Shown piece by piece: positions 1 to 10,881 of a DNA stretch of 64,000 bases. A program made the translations under genes and the position numbers. This DNA is from Marsupella aquatica. Its lineage: Eukaryota; Plantae; Marchantiophyta. The stretch lies in the NCBI GenBank assembly GCA_973895155.1, contig OZ316894.1:25899140-25963139 (forward strand), given 5' to 3'. Positions within the stretch are counted from its first letter, which is position 1. The number at the start of each line of letters is the position of its first letter. A model generated the notes under the pieces. The model saw only the letters and a program-made list of their open reading frames with translations. It was not told where the DNA came from and made no database searches.

Positions 1-283
1 AAGCCAAGGGGAGAACCTGTGAAAGTTACCATAGTACCTGATACCCTTAAGTACACTTGGTGGATAGGGAGGGTACAATGCATCCAACAAAAATATCAGG
101 GTCGGGTGATGGGTAGAACAAGACAATCAGTGGATTTACTTGATAGGCCTGGCAATGAAGAAGTTGTAAGAGTTCGTTTTGAATGGTTTTCAAGGATTGG
201 AAATAGTAAGCACAAATTTGCTTACAATGTTTGTGATCCTCAGTGGATCGATTTGGATTGTGTGATATCAAACGTGACACTAT
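1..283 (+). pseudogene. 5' half of the interrupted ORF (transposase C-terminal-like domain)
   Basis: KPRGEPVKVTIVPDTLKYTWWIGRVQ...WFSRIGNSKHKFAYNVCDPQWIDLDCVISNVTL with no stop. Removing the element and one ACTAT joins it to SVNPTTPNVFHLHPADANLLDDFAKAHK* (6019-6104). Confidence 0.6.
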
Positions 284-704
284 TGTTGGGTATTTACTCT
301 TACGTCTAGGTTAGGTATGACGTGGTTGGTACAACAACGTGGGTTGGTACAACTACGTGGTTAGGTACAACTACGTGATTAAGTACAACTATGTGGTTAG
401 GTACAACTATGTGGTTAGGTACAACTATGTGGTTAGGTACAACTAAGTTGCACACTATATCATAAGAGGCATGTGTGCTTGGAGAGGTAGAACCAAGGCT
501 CATTGTTATGGAGCCACTTGAGAGATAGGGAGAGCTTACACTGTGGAGACTCGGTATAGTCGACGGGCTTAAAGTTCAGTAAAGCTCTCTTGTGTGTTCC
601 CGTGGACGTAGCCTCAAGGAGGTGAACCACGTATCTCTTGTGTCGACTATTGTGCGTTGGATGGTTCATGGGCTTGCCGTTGCGATCGTCGTCTATGCTC
701 GACA
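284..704 (+). repeat. 5' LTR (421 bp)
   Basis: TGTTGGGTATT...GCTCGACA; 6 substitutions versus the 3' LTR by manual comparison. Confidence 0.97.
321..445 (+). repeat. ~7 x 18-bp tandem array (YGTGGTTAGGTACAACTA) in LTR U3
   Basis: Directly visible; repeated at ~5630-5754 in the 3' LTR. Confidence 0.95.
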
Positions 705-706
705 AT

Positions 707-718
707 TGGTATCAGAGC
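707..718 (+). promoter_or_regulatory. Primer binding site (tRNA-iMet)
   Basis: TGGTATCAGAGC, 2 nt after the 5' LTR. Confidence 0.95.
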
Positions 719-1280
719 ATGCTTGGGAGATGACGTGTGTTCGTGACGGGATTTCATGACAGTTTTTCCAGCGTTGAGTGTCGGTGGATTTCCCAGAGTT
801 CCGTCACATGGAACTTGGAGTTTATGGGCTCAACGGATAGATCAGGGCAAGAGCTTTCTAACGGTGTGAAGAAATTGATGAACGGAGCTCGTGGTGCAGA
901 GAGATCTAAGTTTTCATCGTTCTGGATTTTGTGAAGAAAGTTGGCAATCGACTCAGAGGGAGAACCGTCAAGTGTTTTGACTCAACGGAGAGATTGAGGC
1001 AAGACGATTGTTTTGAGTCCGGGATTGGCTCTTTGATGCAAAGAGGAAGGCTAAGCAAAATCAATTACCTTGTTGGACTTGGTGACGGCACCAAGTGCAA
1101 TTGATCAACATTCGTTGTTGACAAGACGTGGAACTTGAAGCACGAGGATCATCGCGGAGGTTTCAGGGGCAGAGAGAGGAGCAGGAGGAAGAGCACGTGA
1201 CACCGATACCATCACCGGTGCGGCGTGTGGTGGAGGAAGCAGTACTACTACCGGAGCTCACGGTAGTGCCAAAGAAGAAG

Positions 1281-4200
1281 ATGGGGACTTTCAAGCTTGG
1301 GGGACCCAAGTATGAAGTGACAAAGTATGATGGGCGCTCTGACTACTTGCTATGGGAGAAGCAGGTGAAGGGAGTGCTATATGCGTCAGGGATGGGCCAA
1401 TTGCTGAGCCCTCGTGAAGACGATGTTGATGAGAAACAATGGGACCGCATGCAGGAGCAGGGAGTGTGGTGTGTTACACTCTATCTCATGCCTCCCATCA
1501 TCAAGCAGTTGGGTGCACATAAGGATTGTATGTCCTTGTTTGCGGAATTGCAGAGCAAGTATCACCGCAAGGAGTTGTCAAACCGGCTCTACACTTCCTA
1601 CAAACTGATGAGTTTCAAGATGAAAGAATCCGGTACGAAGTTGCAAGACCATGTGGATGCTTTCAACGACATGGTCGTTGACTTGGAAAACCTTGGGGAG
1701 ACTTTGAATGATGAGACGAAGGCTCTGCAGCTTCTTAGTTCATTGCCTCCATCTTACCAATCCCTATCACGAGTGTTGTTGCATCGTGATACGGATACCA
1801 TTTCATACAATGACGTGGTAAGTTCTCTGCTTAGTGATGATCTTCAGCAGAAGATGCACATCACGTCACAGCCTTCATCATCTGGTGCTGCCCTCAATGT
1901 TAACCGTGGGAGGAGTATGTAGCGACCAACTGGGGACCGTAGAACCCAGTTTAGATCTAAATCCAGATCTAAGTCCAAGGGTAAATCCCCTCAGAGGAGG
2001 CAGGTGACATGTTGGAAGTGCAACCAAGTTGGACACTTCAAGCGAGACTATAAGGGAAAGGCAGTGGAAACTTCATCGGCAAATATGGCTAGGGCTGATG
2101 GAGAAGCTGATTTACTCAATGATGAGTATGTTCTATGAAGCCGGGGGTATGCCCTGTGCACGTCATCTAGGAGAGCAGATGATATGTGGATTCTTGATTG
2201 TGCTTGCTCTTTTCATATTTGTAACATTCGTGAGTTTTTCAGTTCTTACTCTGTTTCAAACGGTTCAGTTCTGATGGGAAATGATCACTCCTGTCAAATT
2301 GAGGGAATTGGGTCTGTGAAGATTCAAATGTTTGATGGCGCTGTGCGCACAGTGTCCAGAGTCAGGTATGTACCTGGCATGCGTAAGAATCTGATTTCAC
2401 TCGGTGTGTTGGATTCAAATGGTCATCAATGGTGCGTTATTGATGGTGAACTTCAAGTCAGGTCGGGAGAGACAGTGATTTTGAAGGGGAGTAGACAAAA
2501 AAAAATGTATGCGTTACAGGGCAATACTGTATGTGGAGAGGCCAATGTAACCAAGTCTCACGAGGAGATGACTCAACTGTGGCATTTACGGCTAGGTCAC
2601 ATGAGTGAGAAGGGTTTGGCTATCTTACAGAAGAATGGACTCATTTCTGATTTGCAATCTTATAAATTAGAGTTTTGTGAGCATTGCATTCTTGGAAAGC
2701 AGCATCGTCGTGCTTTTGGTGTTGGAACTCATCGTTCCAAAGCGGTTCTTGAGTACATACATAGTGACGTGTGGGGTCCATCCCCGACTCCCTCACACTC
2801 TGGAAAGTTATACTATGTATCATTTATTGATGATTACTCAAGATTTGTGTGAATTTATTTCATGACGCATAAGTCTGATGTCTTATCCATTTTTAAGAAG
2901 TGGAAGGCCTAGGTGGAGAATCAGACTGGAAACACGATCAAGTGTTTGGATACAAGGGTGAAGAGTCTGAGGTCAGACAATGGCGGGGAGTACACTTCAA
3001 TGGAATTTGAAGAGTACTATTCAGAACAAGGGATAACTCGCCATCTCACCACAGTTTATACTCCACAGCAGAATGGTGTCGCTGAGAGGCTCAATCGAAC
3101 ACTGTTGGAGCGGTCACGGAGTATGTTGAGCCAATCAGGTTTACCACAAGAATTTTGGGCAGAAGCTGTCAATACCGCAGCTTATTTGGTAAATCTTTCT
3201 CCTTCTAGTGCTATCAATTTCAAAACGCCGTTTGAGATGCGCTATAAGCGGTAAGCAGACTATCATGGCTTGGTAGTTTTTGGAAGTGATGCATATGCTC
3301 TCACACCGAAGCAGAATAGGACCAAGTTGGATCCTACCTCCAAGAAATGTATTTTTCTTGGGTACCAGAGTGGTGTGAAAGCCTATAGGCTATGGGATCC
3401 TATTGCCTGTAAGCTCGTTGTCAGTAGGGATGTTTCCTTCAATGAATCCAGATTATTGAAAGAGGGGGAGAATACTCAGGTCTCCCGTACTGACAAAGGA
3501 AAATCTCCTATCCCGGATCTCGTTGAGGGGGAGATTGGTTATGAGGTGCATGACCGGAGAGAAGGAGTTGCTCCAATTATGGAGCTGGTTCCTGTGCCAG
3601 AGGAACCAGAGGAGTTTGTTGATGCTGGTGAGCAGCAAGTGGATGTTGTTGAGCTTCAAATTGTACCAGCACACGCAGATCAACCGGAGTCATCGGCTAT
3701 AAGAACATCTGGTCGCACTGTACGCGCTCCACCAAGGTATGGACAGTGGGTTGATTCATCTCAACTGCAAGAGGATGATTTTACAGCTGATGATGAGGGT
3801 GATGCGTTAATTTTGGAAGAAGGGGAACCTTCTTCATTTCATGAGGCAAGTGCTTCAAAGGAGAAGCAGAAGTGGACTGCAGCAATCCAAACGGAGATCC
3901 AATCACTAAAGGACAACAAAACTTGGGAGCTTGTTAAGCTGCCTAAGGGTCAGCAAGTGGTGGACAACAAGTGGATTTACAAGCTGAAGGATAATTCCAT
4001 AGGAGGTGGATCGAAGGTCTACAAGGCTAGGTTGGTAGCAAAGGGATTCACACAAGAGAAAGGTGTGGATTACAATGAGGTCTTCTTACCAGTTGCTAAG
4101 TACTCTACAATACGACTATTGTGTGTACTTGTTGTAATGTTTGGTCTGCTGCTAGATCAGATGGATGTTGTCACAGCTTTCCTCTATGGCACATTGGAAG

Positions 4201-5403
4201 AGGTGATCTTCATGAGACAACCGCTAGGTTTTGTGAAGAGAGGACAGGAGGAATTGGTTTGCAGATTGCTGAAATCCTTGTATGGGTTGAAGCAGTCACC
4301 AAGACAGTGGAACAAGCGGTTTGACGATTGGATTCGATCACAAGGTTTTCACAGAAGTCTATTTGACCCTTGTGTGTATTTGAAACCGGTAAAGAATATT
4401 ATCTTTGGGTTCATTGTTTTAGTACTATGATATGCTAATTGCAGCCAAGGATAGGTCTGAGATTGTTAAGCTCAAGGCACTGCTTAGTGCAGAGTTTAAG
4501 ATGAAGGACTTAGGGCCAGCTAAGAGGATTTTGGGTATGGAGATCACTAGGGACTTGGAGGCTGGCAAGCTATGGTTGACGCAGAGCAGTTATGCGAGGA
4601 AGGTAATTGCAAGGTTCAACATGGGGAATAGCAAGCCAGTAAGTACCCCGTTGGCTCCACACTTCAAGTTATCATCAGCGTTCTGTCCTACGAATGACAC
4701 AGAGAAGGGGTTGATGTCAAAGGTTCCGTATGACAAGGCAGTGGGGAGTCTCATGTATTTGATGACTTGCACTAGACCTGATCTTGCCATGGCTATGGGC
4801 AAGGTGAGCAGGTACATGTCGAATCCAGGGAAGGTACACTAGGAAGCAGTGAAGTGGATTATCAGGTACTTGAAGGGTACCGTGGATCATGGTCTTTTAT
4901 TTGATGCGAATGCAAAGAATGCTAAATCATTGATTGACTATGTTGATTCTGACTATGGACAAGATTTGGACCGAAGGAGATGAACAACAGGATACGTGTT
5001 CACACTTGGCGGTGGATGCATAAGTTGGAGGTCTACTTTGCAGAAGTGTATTGCTCAGTCTACTACAGAAGCGGAGTATGTTGCAGTTGCGGAAGCATCC
5101 AAGGAAGCGATTTGGTTGGATAGACTTATCACTGAAATGGGATTGCCACAGGGGAATGTGAAGCTCCATTGTGATAGTCAAAATGCGCTCCACCTTGCTA
5201 TGAACCAGGTGATGGACAGCAGAGTGAAGCACATTGACGTCAGGTACCATTTTATCAGGCAGGCTGTGTTTGATAATTTGTTTGAGCTAGTCAAGATTGA
5301 TGGTAAACTCAACCCGGCTGACGCATTTACCAAAGTGATTCCTTTGGAGAGTTTCTCTAGACACCGTGACGTATTGCAGGTTTTGCAATTGCATCACAAG
5401 TAG
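1281..5403 (+). pseudogene. Copia gag-pol polyprotein pseudogene
   Basis: Motifs: gag (YEVTKYDG, LLSSLPPSY), zinc knuckle CWKCNQVGHFKRDY, protease WILDCACS, GAG-pre-integrase LWHLRLGH...CEHC, integrase LRSDNGGEY/PQQNGVAER, RT YKARLVAKG/LYGLKQSPRQW, RNase H KHIDVRYHF. In-frame stops at 1920, 2136, 2850, 2910, 3252, 4840 and 4981, and a frameshift at ~4428. Confidence 0.95.
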
Positions 5404-5581
5404 AGTTTTCTTAACATTCATTGTAATTACTGATATATGCTATTCCTCATTCCTATATATTAGGCTACAGCTTAGTTCTGGTTTGCTCTAGTTAGAGAGG
5501 GAAACCGGTTTGGTTTTTGTCCAGAACTTCCCGCTGAGGGATCATATACATTGGCAGTATTACTCTCCCTAGACCAGAGTC

Positions 5582-5592
5582 AAGGGGAAGAT
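5582..5592 (+). promoter_or_regulatory. Polypurine tract
   Basis: AAGGGGAAGAT immediately before the 3' LTR. Confidence 0.85.
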
Positions 5593-6013
5593 TGTTGGGT
5601 ATTTACTCTTACGTCTAGGTTAGGTATGACGTGGTTGGTACAACAACGTGGGTTGGTACAACTACGTGGTTAGGTACAACTACGTGATTAGGTACAACTA
5701 TGTGGTTAGGTACAACTACGTGATTAGGTACAACTATGTGGTTAGGTACAACTAAGTTGCACACTATATCATAAGAGGCATGTGTGCTTGGAGAGGTAGA
5801 ACCAAGGCTCATTGTTATGGAGCCACTTGAGAGATAGAGAGAGCTTACACTGTGGAGACTCGGTATAGTCGACGGGCTTAGAGTTTAGTAAAGCTCTCTT
5901 GTGTGTTCCCGTGGACGTAGCCTCAAGGAGGTGAACCACGTATCTCTTGTGTCGACTATTGTGCGTTGGATGGTTCATGGGCTTGCCGTTGCGATCGTCG
6001 TCTATGCTCGACA
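5593..6013 (+). repeat. 3' LTR (421 bp)
   Basis: Direct repeat of 284-704, followed by TSD ACTAT. Confidence 0.97.
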
Positions 6014-7279
6014 ACTATCAGTGAACCCCACAACTCCAAATGTTTTTCATTTGCATCCCGCTGATGCAAATTTGCTGGATGATTTTGCTAAAGCCCATAA
6101 GTGATTGGTATAACAAAGGGGTAAATGGTGATATTCTGAGAATTCAGCCATGCAAGGAGACAAGATTTTTTCTAAGGCAAGTGCTTAAGATCCTGTTTGC
6201 TTTTGTGAACAATTTGATATTCCATTTGATATGACACAGTAAAATATCTGCTCATTAGGCTTACATACTACTCCATATAGTAGTTTAATTTGGACAAATC
6301 CTTACTGTTTTTGATGTAATTTTTTTTGATTGTGTCCTCGGGATCTTTTGAAGATGGAAGGCAAGAGGAGGACATATAAATTCCCTAGTGTTCTCTTAGT
6401 TCAGATAGGAGTTCTGTATGCACTAAACTTACATGTGTGCCTGGCCTCTTAGTTGAGAACTTCTGCAAACACTCTTACATGTTTACAGCAAAATGTTTTC
6501 TAGAAATAGTGCTTTTATAAGATTATTAGAACATAGTTGTATAAGTACTTTTACATATACGCCCTTATAGACAATAGGTAGATTTGTAAGCACTGTTGCA
6601 TGTGCTAAATCATAGTGAAGCACTCATACATGTCCTAGAACATAGTGAGACACCGTTAAAGTTAAAACACTATTATATGTGCTAGAACATAGGGAGACAC
6701 TCTTATATGACATGCCAAAATTGAGTCTTCTTCTCCATTCCAACACTATTTTTTATATAGATACCTAATTTTCTATGGTATACCTTTAATGAGTTTTGTA
6801 TATATTTTCAATATTTTTCAAAATTTATAATATTTTAAGACCTTTTTTAATGTGATTAATGGTACATTTATAATTTTTGCAAGGGGCAAATAAATTCTCT
6901 AAGATTAAGTTTTTAAGAATAACAAGAGGTATATCTATTGGTGTCCAAAAATAATAAGGGGTATATGATAAGGGGCTGTACGCACGTATACCCCTTACCA
7001 ATACAAAGACTGGGGCCCCAGGGGCTAAGGGTTGGCCGGTAGATGGATTAGCAATATTATATCATTTTTAGCTCTAGTTTGTTTATCAAGGGCAGTCAAT
7101 TTTTAGTCATTTGAAAACTCAGTTATTGAAATTTGTAAATCACAGTTTCTTGAAAGTTGGCTTTCAAAATCCATTATTGTGGCCCACGCCAATGTTATCT
7201 TGACTCATTTTAGTGGGTTAAAAAAGATTTTTTTTCTAATGGCACTTAGCTCATTGCTTATTTACTACAAAACATTACA

Positions 7280-8204
7280 TTGGGAGAAGGCCATCTGTAA
7301 GGATGAACACTAGGTTGGATGGTGAACGGTGGTGTGGCCCGTGTGAGGATAGTGCACATGAGGATTCTCTTCACTGCCTTTGGAGTTGCTCTGATTCTAA
7401 ACTGATAGTGGATTGCAAAAGTAATGCAGTGTGCTTGTAATGGGGATAGGTTGGTTCACTTTGGAGTGATACATGCATTATTGGGGGCTCCATTGTCTGG
7501 AATTCCTCGGGGTTTTACCCTCAAACTTTGGCAGATTGTATGAGGGATTACTATTTGACAGCTTTGGAAAGATTGATGTTTGCTGGAAAACAAGAAGGTG
7601 CACTTTGCGGTTGTGGGTATCAATAACATTATTTGGAAGGAGATTTGTTGAATGAAGGTTGCATGGAATCTGGGGTTAGCTCTTATGGCTGAGGTGGGCG
7701 GTGGCAGGATGTGCCATGATTTTGGCTGTGAAGGGGGGCTGTATAGTATCAAGGATGGCATGTTCCTTGTTGACTACAAACCATTTGGGGCTTGTGACCC
7801 TCCATGAGGCATAGGTCTTAGTGTTCACCTTGTTTTGCTATTGTTTTATTTTGGTGATCCGAGGTGGTTAGTGTGTTAGGTGCATTGTTTTGTTTGAATA
7901 TGGTTAATCGGCTCTGGATTTTGGCCTTGAGACAGATGCTTAGTTTTCAGTGAATGTTGTTTTCTCTCTGTGTTCTTTGGGGCTGAGTCAGCCCTCAGAT
8001 TTGCGTTTTTGCTTAGTTTCTAGTTTCTGAGTGGGTGACATGTTGTCACATTCCATTCTCAATCCTTTTTATCCCTTGTCCTCAAGATTGGATGCGTGGG
8101 TGACTTTTGATCGTTGATCTTTATTGATCTGGCCACTTTTACTCCATGTTTTACTGGGTTTTACTTTTCCTATAAGTAAAGTGTCCTTTTCAAGACTTAA
8201 AAAA
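7280..8204 (+). mobile_element. 5'-truncated L1-type LINE relic
   Basis: ~7321-7405 translates GERWCGPCEDSAHEDSLHCLWSCSDSK, a zf-RVT-like CCHC motif. Trp-rich decayed coding sequence, a T-rich UTR and a short A-run at ~8199 follow. Confidence 0.6.
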
Positions 8205-8417
8205 GAACTTAGATTCAATTAACTATCTATGGAAATGTCATGGCTGAGACCCTGAAAGCTATCCTTATGTCTAGGGAGATCTAATGATCATTTAAAAATC
8301 CAGTAAATTAGTACATCAAGAATGTTCTTAGCATCTCCTCCTTTATTCAAACTAATATTCCCACCCTGGCCAATTTTAGAAATCCTTAAAAGTACATTCT
8401 GTAGCACTACCCCTTCA

Positions 8418-10213
8418 GAGCATCTGCAACCCAACTGGGTTTTGCTACTATAACTGGGTGTTGACCAAACCCAATAAATAAAATCTAAAAAATCAGGTCC
8501 AACCCACTCACTATATGGATTTCAGGAAGACAGTTTTTTGGTCATTGGATCTGTATATGGGGGAGATTATACAGTAATTGACTGCTCCGTATTGCATTTG
8601 TTACTGGTTTTCAATATAGCATACTCATCCTGGAACATGAAAAGTTATTTTGTCCTCTAGCAAAAAGTTTAAGTTTTTTAGTGAAATACAGGTGATCTAT
8701 TTTTTGTGGCAAATATAAATAGGACATTGATTAGGAACATACTCATCCTGGAACATGAAAAGTTATTTTGTCCTCTAGCAAAAAGTTTAAGTTTTTTAGT
8801 GAAATACAGGTGATCTATTTTTTGTGGCAAATATAAATAGGACATTGATTAGGAACATACTCATCCTGGAACATGAAAAGTTATTTTGTCCTCTAGCAAA
8901 AAGTTTAAGTTTTTTAGTGAAATACAGGTGATCTATTTTTTGTGGCAAATATAAATAGGACATTGATTAGGAAGCGGGACATTGAAAAGTTGTGCACGAT
9001 AAGGTACAAGAATAAAAGTACACATGTAAAGAAAGTAATAATGAACAGGAAAAATTTAAGTCTATGGTATTAGTTCGTGGACCCCTTGGCTAATTAACAA
9101 CATGGTTATCACAAGCAATTGTCAAAATCAGGCCTTTTCGTTACATGCTACCAAATTCTCAAGCTACTAGAGTCACAATTCAATCTATGGCAAGTCCATT
9201 TGCAATTAGATGAATGTCTGATCAAATGAATTGTATCACTTAAGTTCAAGTAGGACCATGGCTAGGAGTTTCCCTTGATTGCAGTGGGCCGAAAATCTTA
9301 CTCCAGGTGCCAATTATCCTTTAACAAGGAAGTTATCAAGTTAGTTACTAGCCATTATTTATTATATGAAAAATACTTTTTATAAATCTTTGAATTTAAG
9401 TTTTAAAATTGAAAATGTAACTAAAACGGTTACATAGTGACAGTTTTAACCATCTTGCTCTTTGCATTTTCAATTTTTTACATTTCTTTTTACGGCATGG
9501 CGTCCCAAAATTTACACTCAAATTGACACAAACACGAATGAAGATTATAAGTTTGATTCAAAAAATCGATGAGTCTTGTTTGTTGGGGTTGTTGTTGATG
9601 TGGCACACTGTGGTGCCAGGAATTTTGGAAGGGACCTCTAGTGGGGTCCGTAATAATGAACAGGAAAAATTTAAGTCTATGGTATTGGGTTCTGCACATA
9701 CTATACACCAGTAAAGATACTTATGTACTTATCTTAGGTAATGACACTCAAATGAATTAAAATCATAAATTTAGGACACAAAACCATGAGTAGAACTTAA
9801 AGACATGAGGAGTGCACTTTAATTAGATCATTTCTTCTTCACTAAGGGCTAGAACTTCCTTGAGCTTTGTTAAAGGGTGGATGATCAAAAGTATAGTAAA
9901 GATTGAAAAATTTAGAGGGGTGCCAGATTAAATTCAAATCTAAAGTATACAAGGGATGCACCTTGGTAAGACACATTGAATTAAAATATACAAGAAAAAA
10001 AGTTTGAATAAGACAAAATACTGGAAAATGGATTCACCATACAGCAGTTTCATTCTATGTTTGCATTTGTTACTGGTTTTCAATATCTCAATCTACAGTT
10101 ATCACATCTTGATAGGATTGGGTATGCTTTTCAGTTAGCCCCTTTGAGATACGTACAGTGGGCACTGTCATTAAATACCCACTAAGCAAAACCCCTTTGG
10201 GTTGGAGATGCTC
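8418..10213. mobile_element. Non-autonomous PIF/Harbinger (Tourist-like) element, 1.8 kb
   Basis: ~29-bp imperfect TIRs GAGCATCTGCAACCCAA... / ...TTGGGTTGGAGATGCTC and a 3-bp TSD TCA on both sides. Confidence 0.8.
8620..8973. repeat. 3 x 118-bp tandem repeat
   Basis: Units start at 8620, 8738 and 8856 and appear identical. Confidence 0.95.
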
Positions 10214-10881
10214 TCAATAGATGCAGTTGGGTTTCGGCGCCATGGCACAAGAGTTTCTGTAGAGTTTTAATAACTACAGTTACGGGAAGGGAGTGGAACT
10301 GGATTGCCTACAGATGGGCACTAACCAGATCCAGAGTGGAGTTCAAATGTCTGATGCGGTTTACGGTCCTGTACCTGAAGACGAAGAAGTCGAGCGAAGC
10401 AAATTCAAGTAACGAAAGGCAGATTTCGCCCCCAGAGAAAATCAAAGCAATCACTGCCAATTTCCTGCACAATCACTCGAAAGAATGTCACTTCAGATGT
10501 GATATCTGGCACGTTACCTTCCCTCTTAATCACTTCCAAAATTTCTACCGGTTGCTGCTCCACAAATCACAAGTCGCATGGGTTTGTGGGTCGTCATGGT
10601 ACTTTAGCTGGAGAGCTCTGGAGAGAGGGAATTGTCTCAGGAATCACGGCCCCGAGTTGAAGACGAAGACGAAAAAGACTGAATGGATCATTTTTTGAGG
10701 TCAAGCATCTCTGTTTCAACAAACTTGGGGGTACTTGACCTCTGGGTACTTCAATCTTTGAGGCTGGCAGACCACTATTTCTACAAGGGCTCTGGACAGA
10801 TAAGAAGGGAAAAGATGGTTAGCTTGTAGGCAGGTCACGAAAACGAGGAGCCAGGCCTTCTTTTGTGGACGGACGGATGCA

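Larger units (their letters stand above)
284..6013 (+). mobile_element. Full-length Ty1/copia LTR retrotransposon (Tnt1/Tork-like), coding-defective
   Basis: Two 421-bp TG..CA LTRs, TSD ACTAT (279-283 and 6014-6018), Met PBS, PPT, and domain order gag-PR-IN-RT-RH. Confidence 0.98.
1..7012 (+). mobile_element. Right part of an older DNA transposon (probably hAT), interrupted by the copia element
   Basis: An open frame runs from base 1 to the copia TSD and resumes in frame after it, ending at TGA 6104. Degenerate ~30-bp subterminal repeats lie at ~6530-6710. The candidate terminus ...CGTATACCCCTTACCAATACAAAGACTG at 7012 has the CAG..CTG style typical of hAT. The left end is outside the window. 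Confidence 0.5.

Noticed and set aside
321-445. CRISPR-like appearance of short repeats (also 54920-55100)
   Set aside because: Head-to-tail tandem units with no unique spacers and no cas genes, in a eukaryotic context.
306-503. Repetitive ORFs (VVPNHI)n on the minus strand, also at 5615-5812
   Set aside because: Translation artefact of the 18-bp LTR array.
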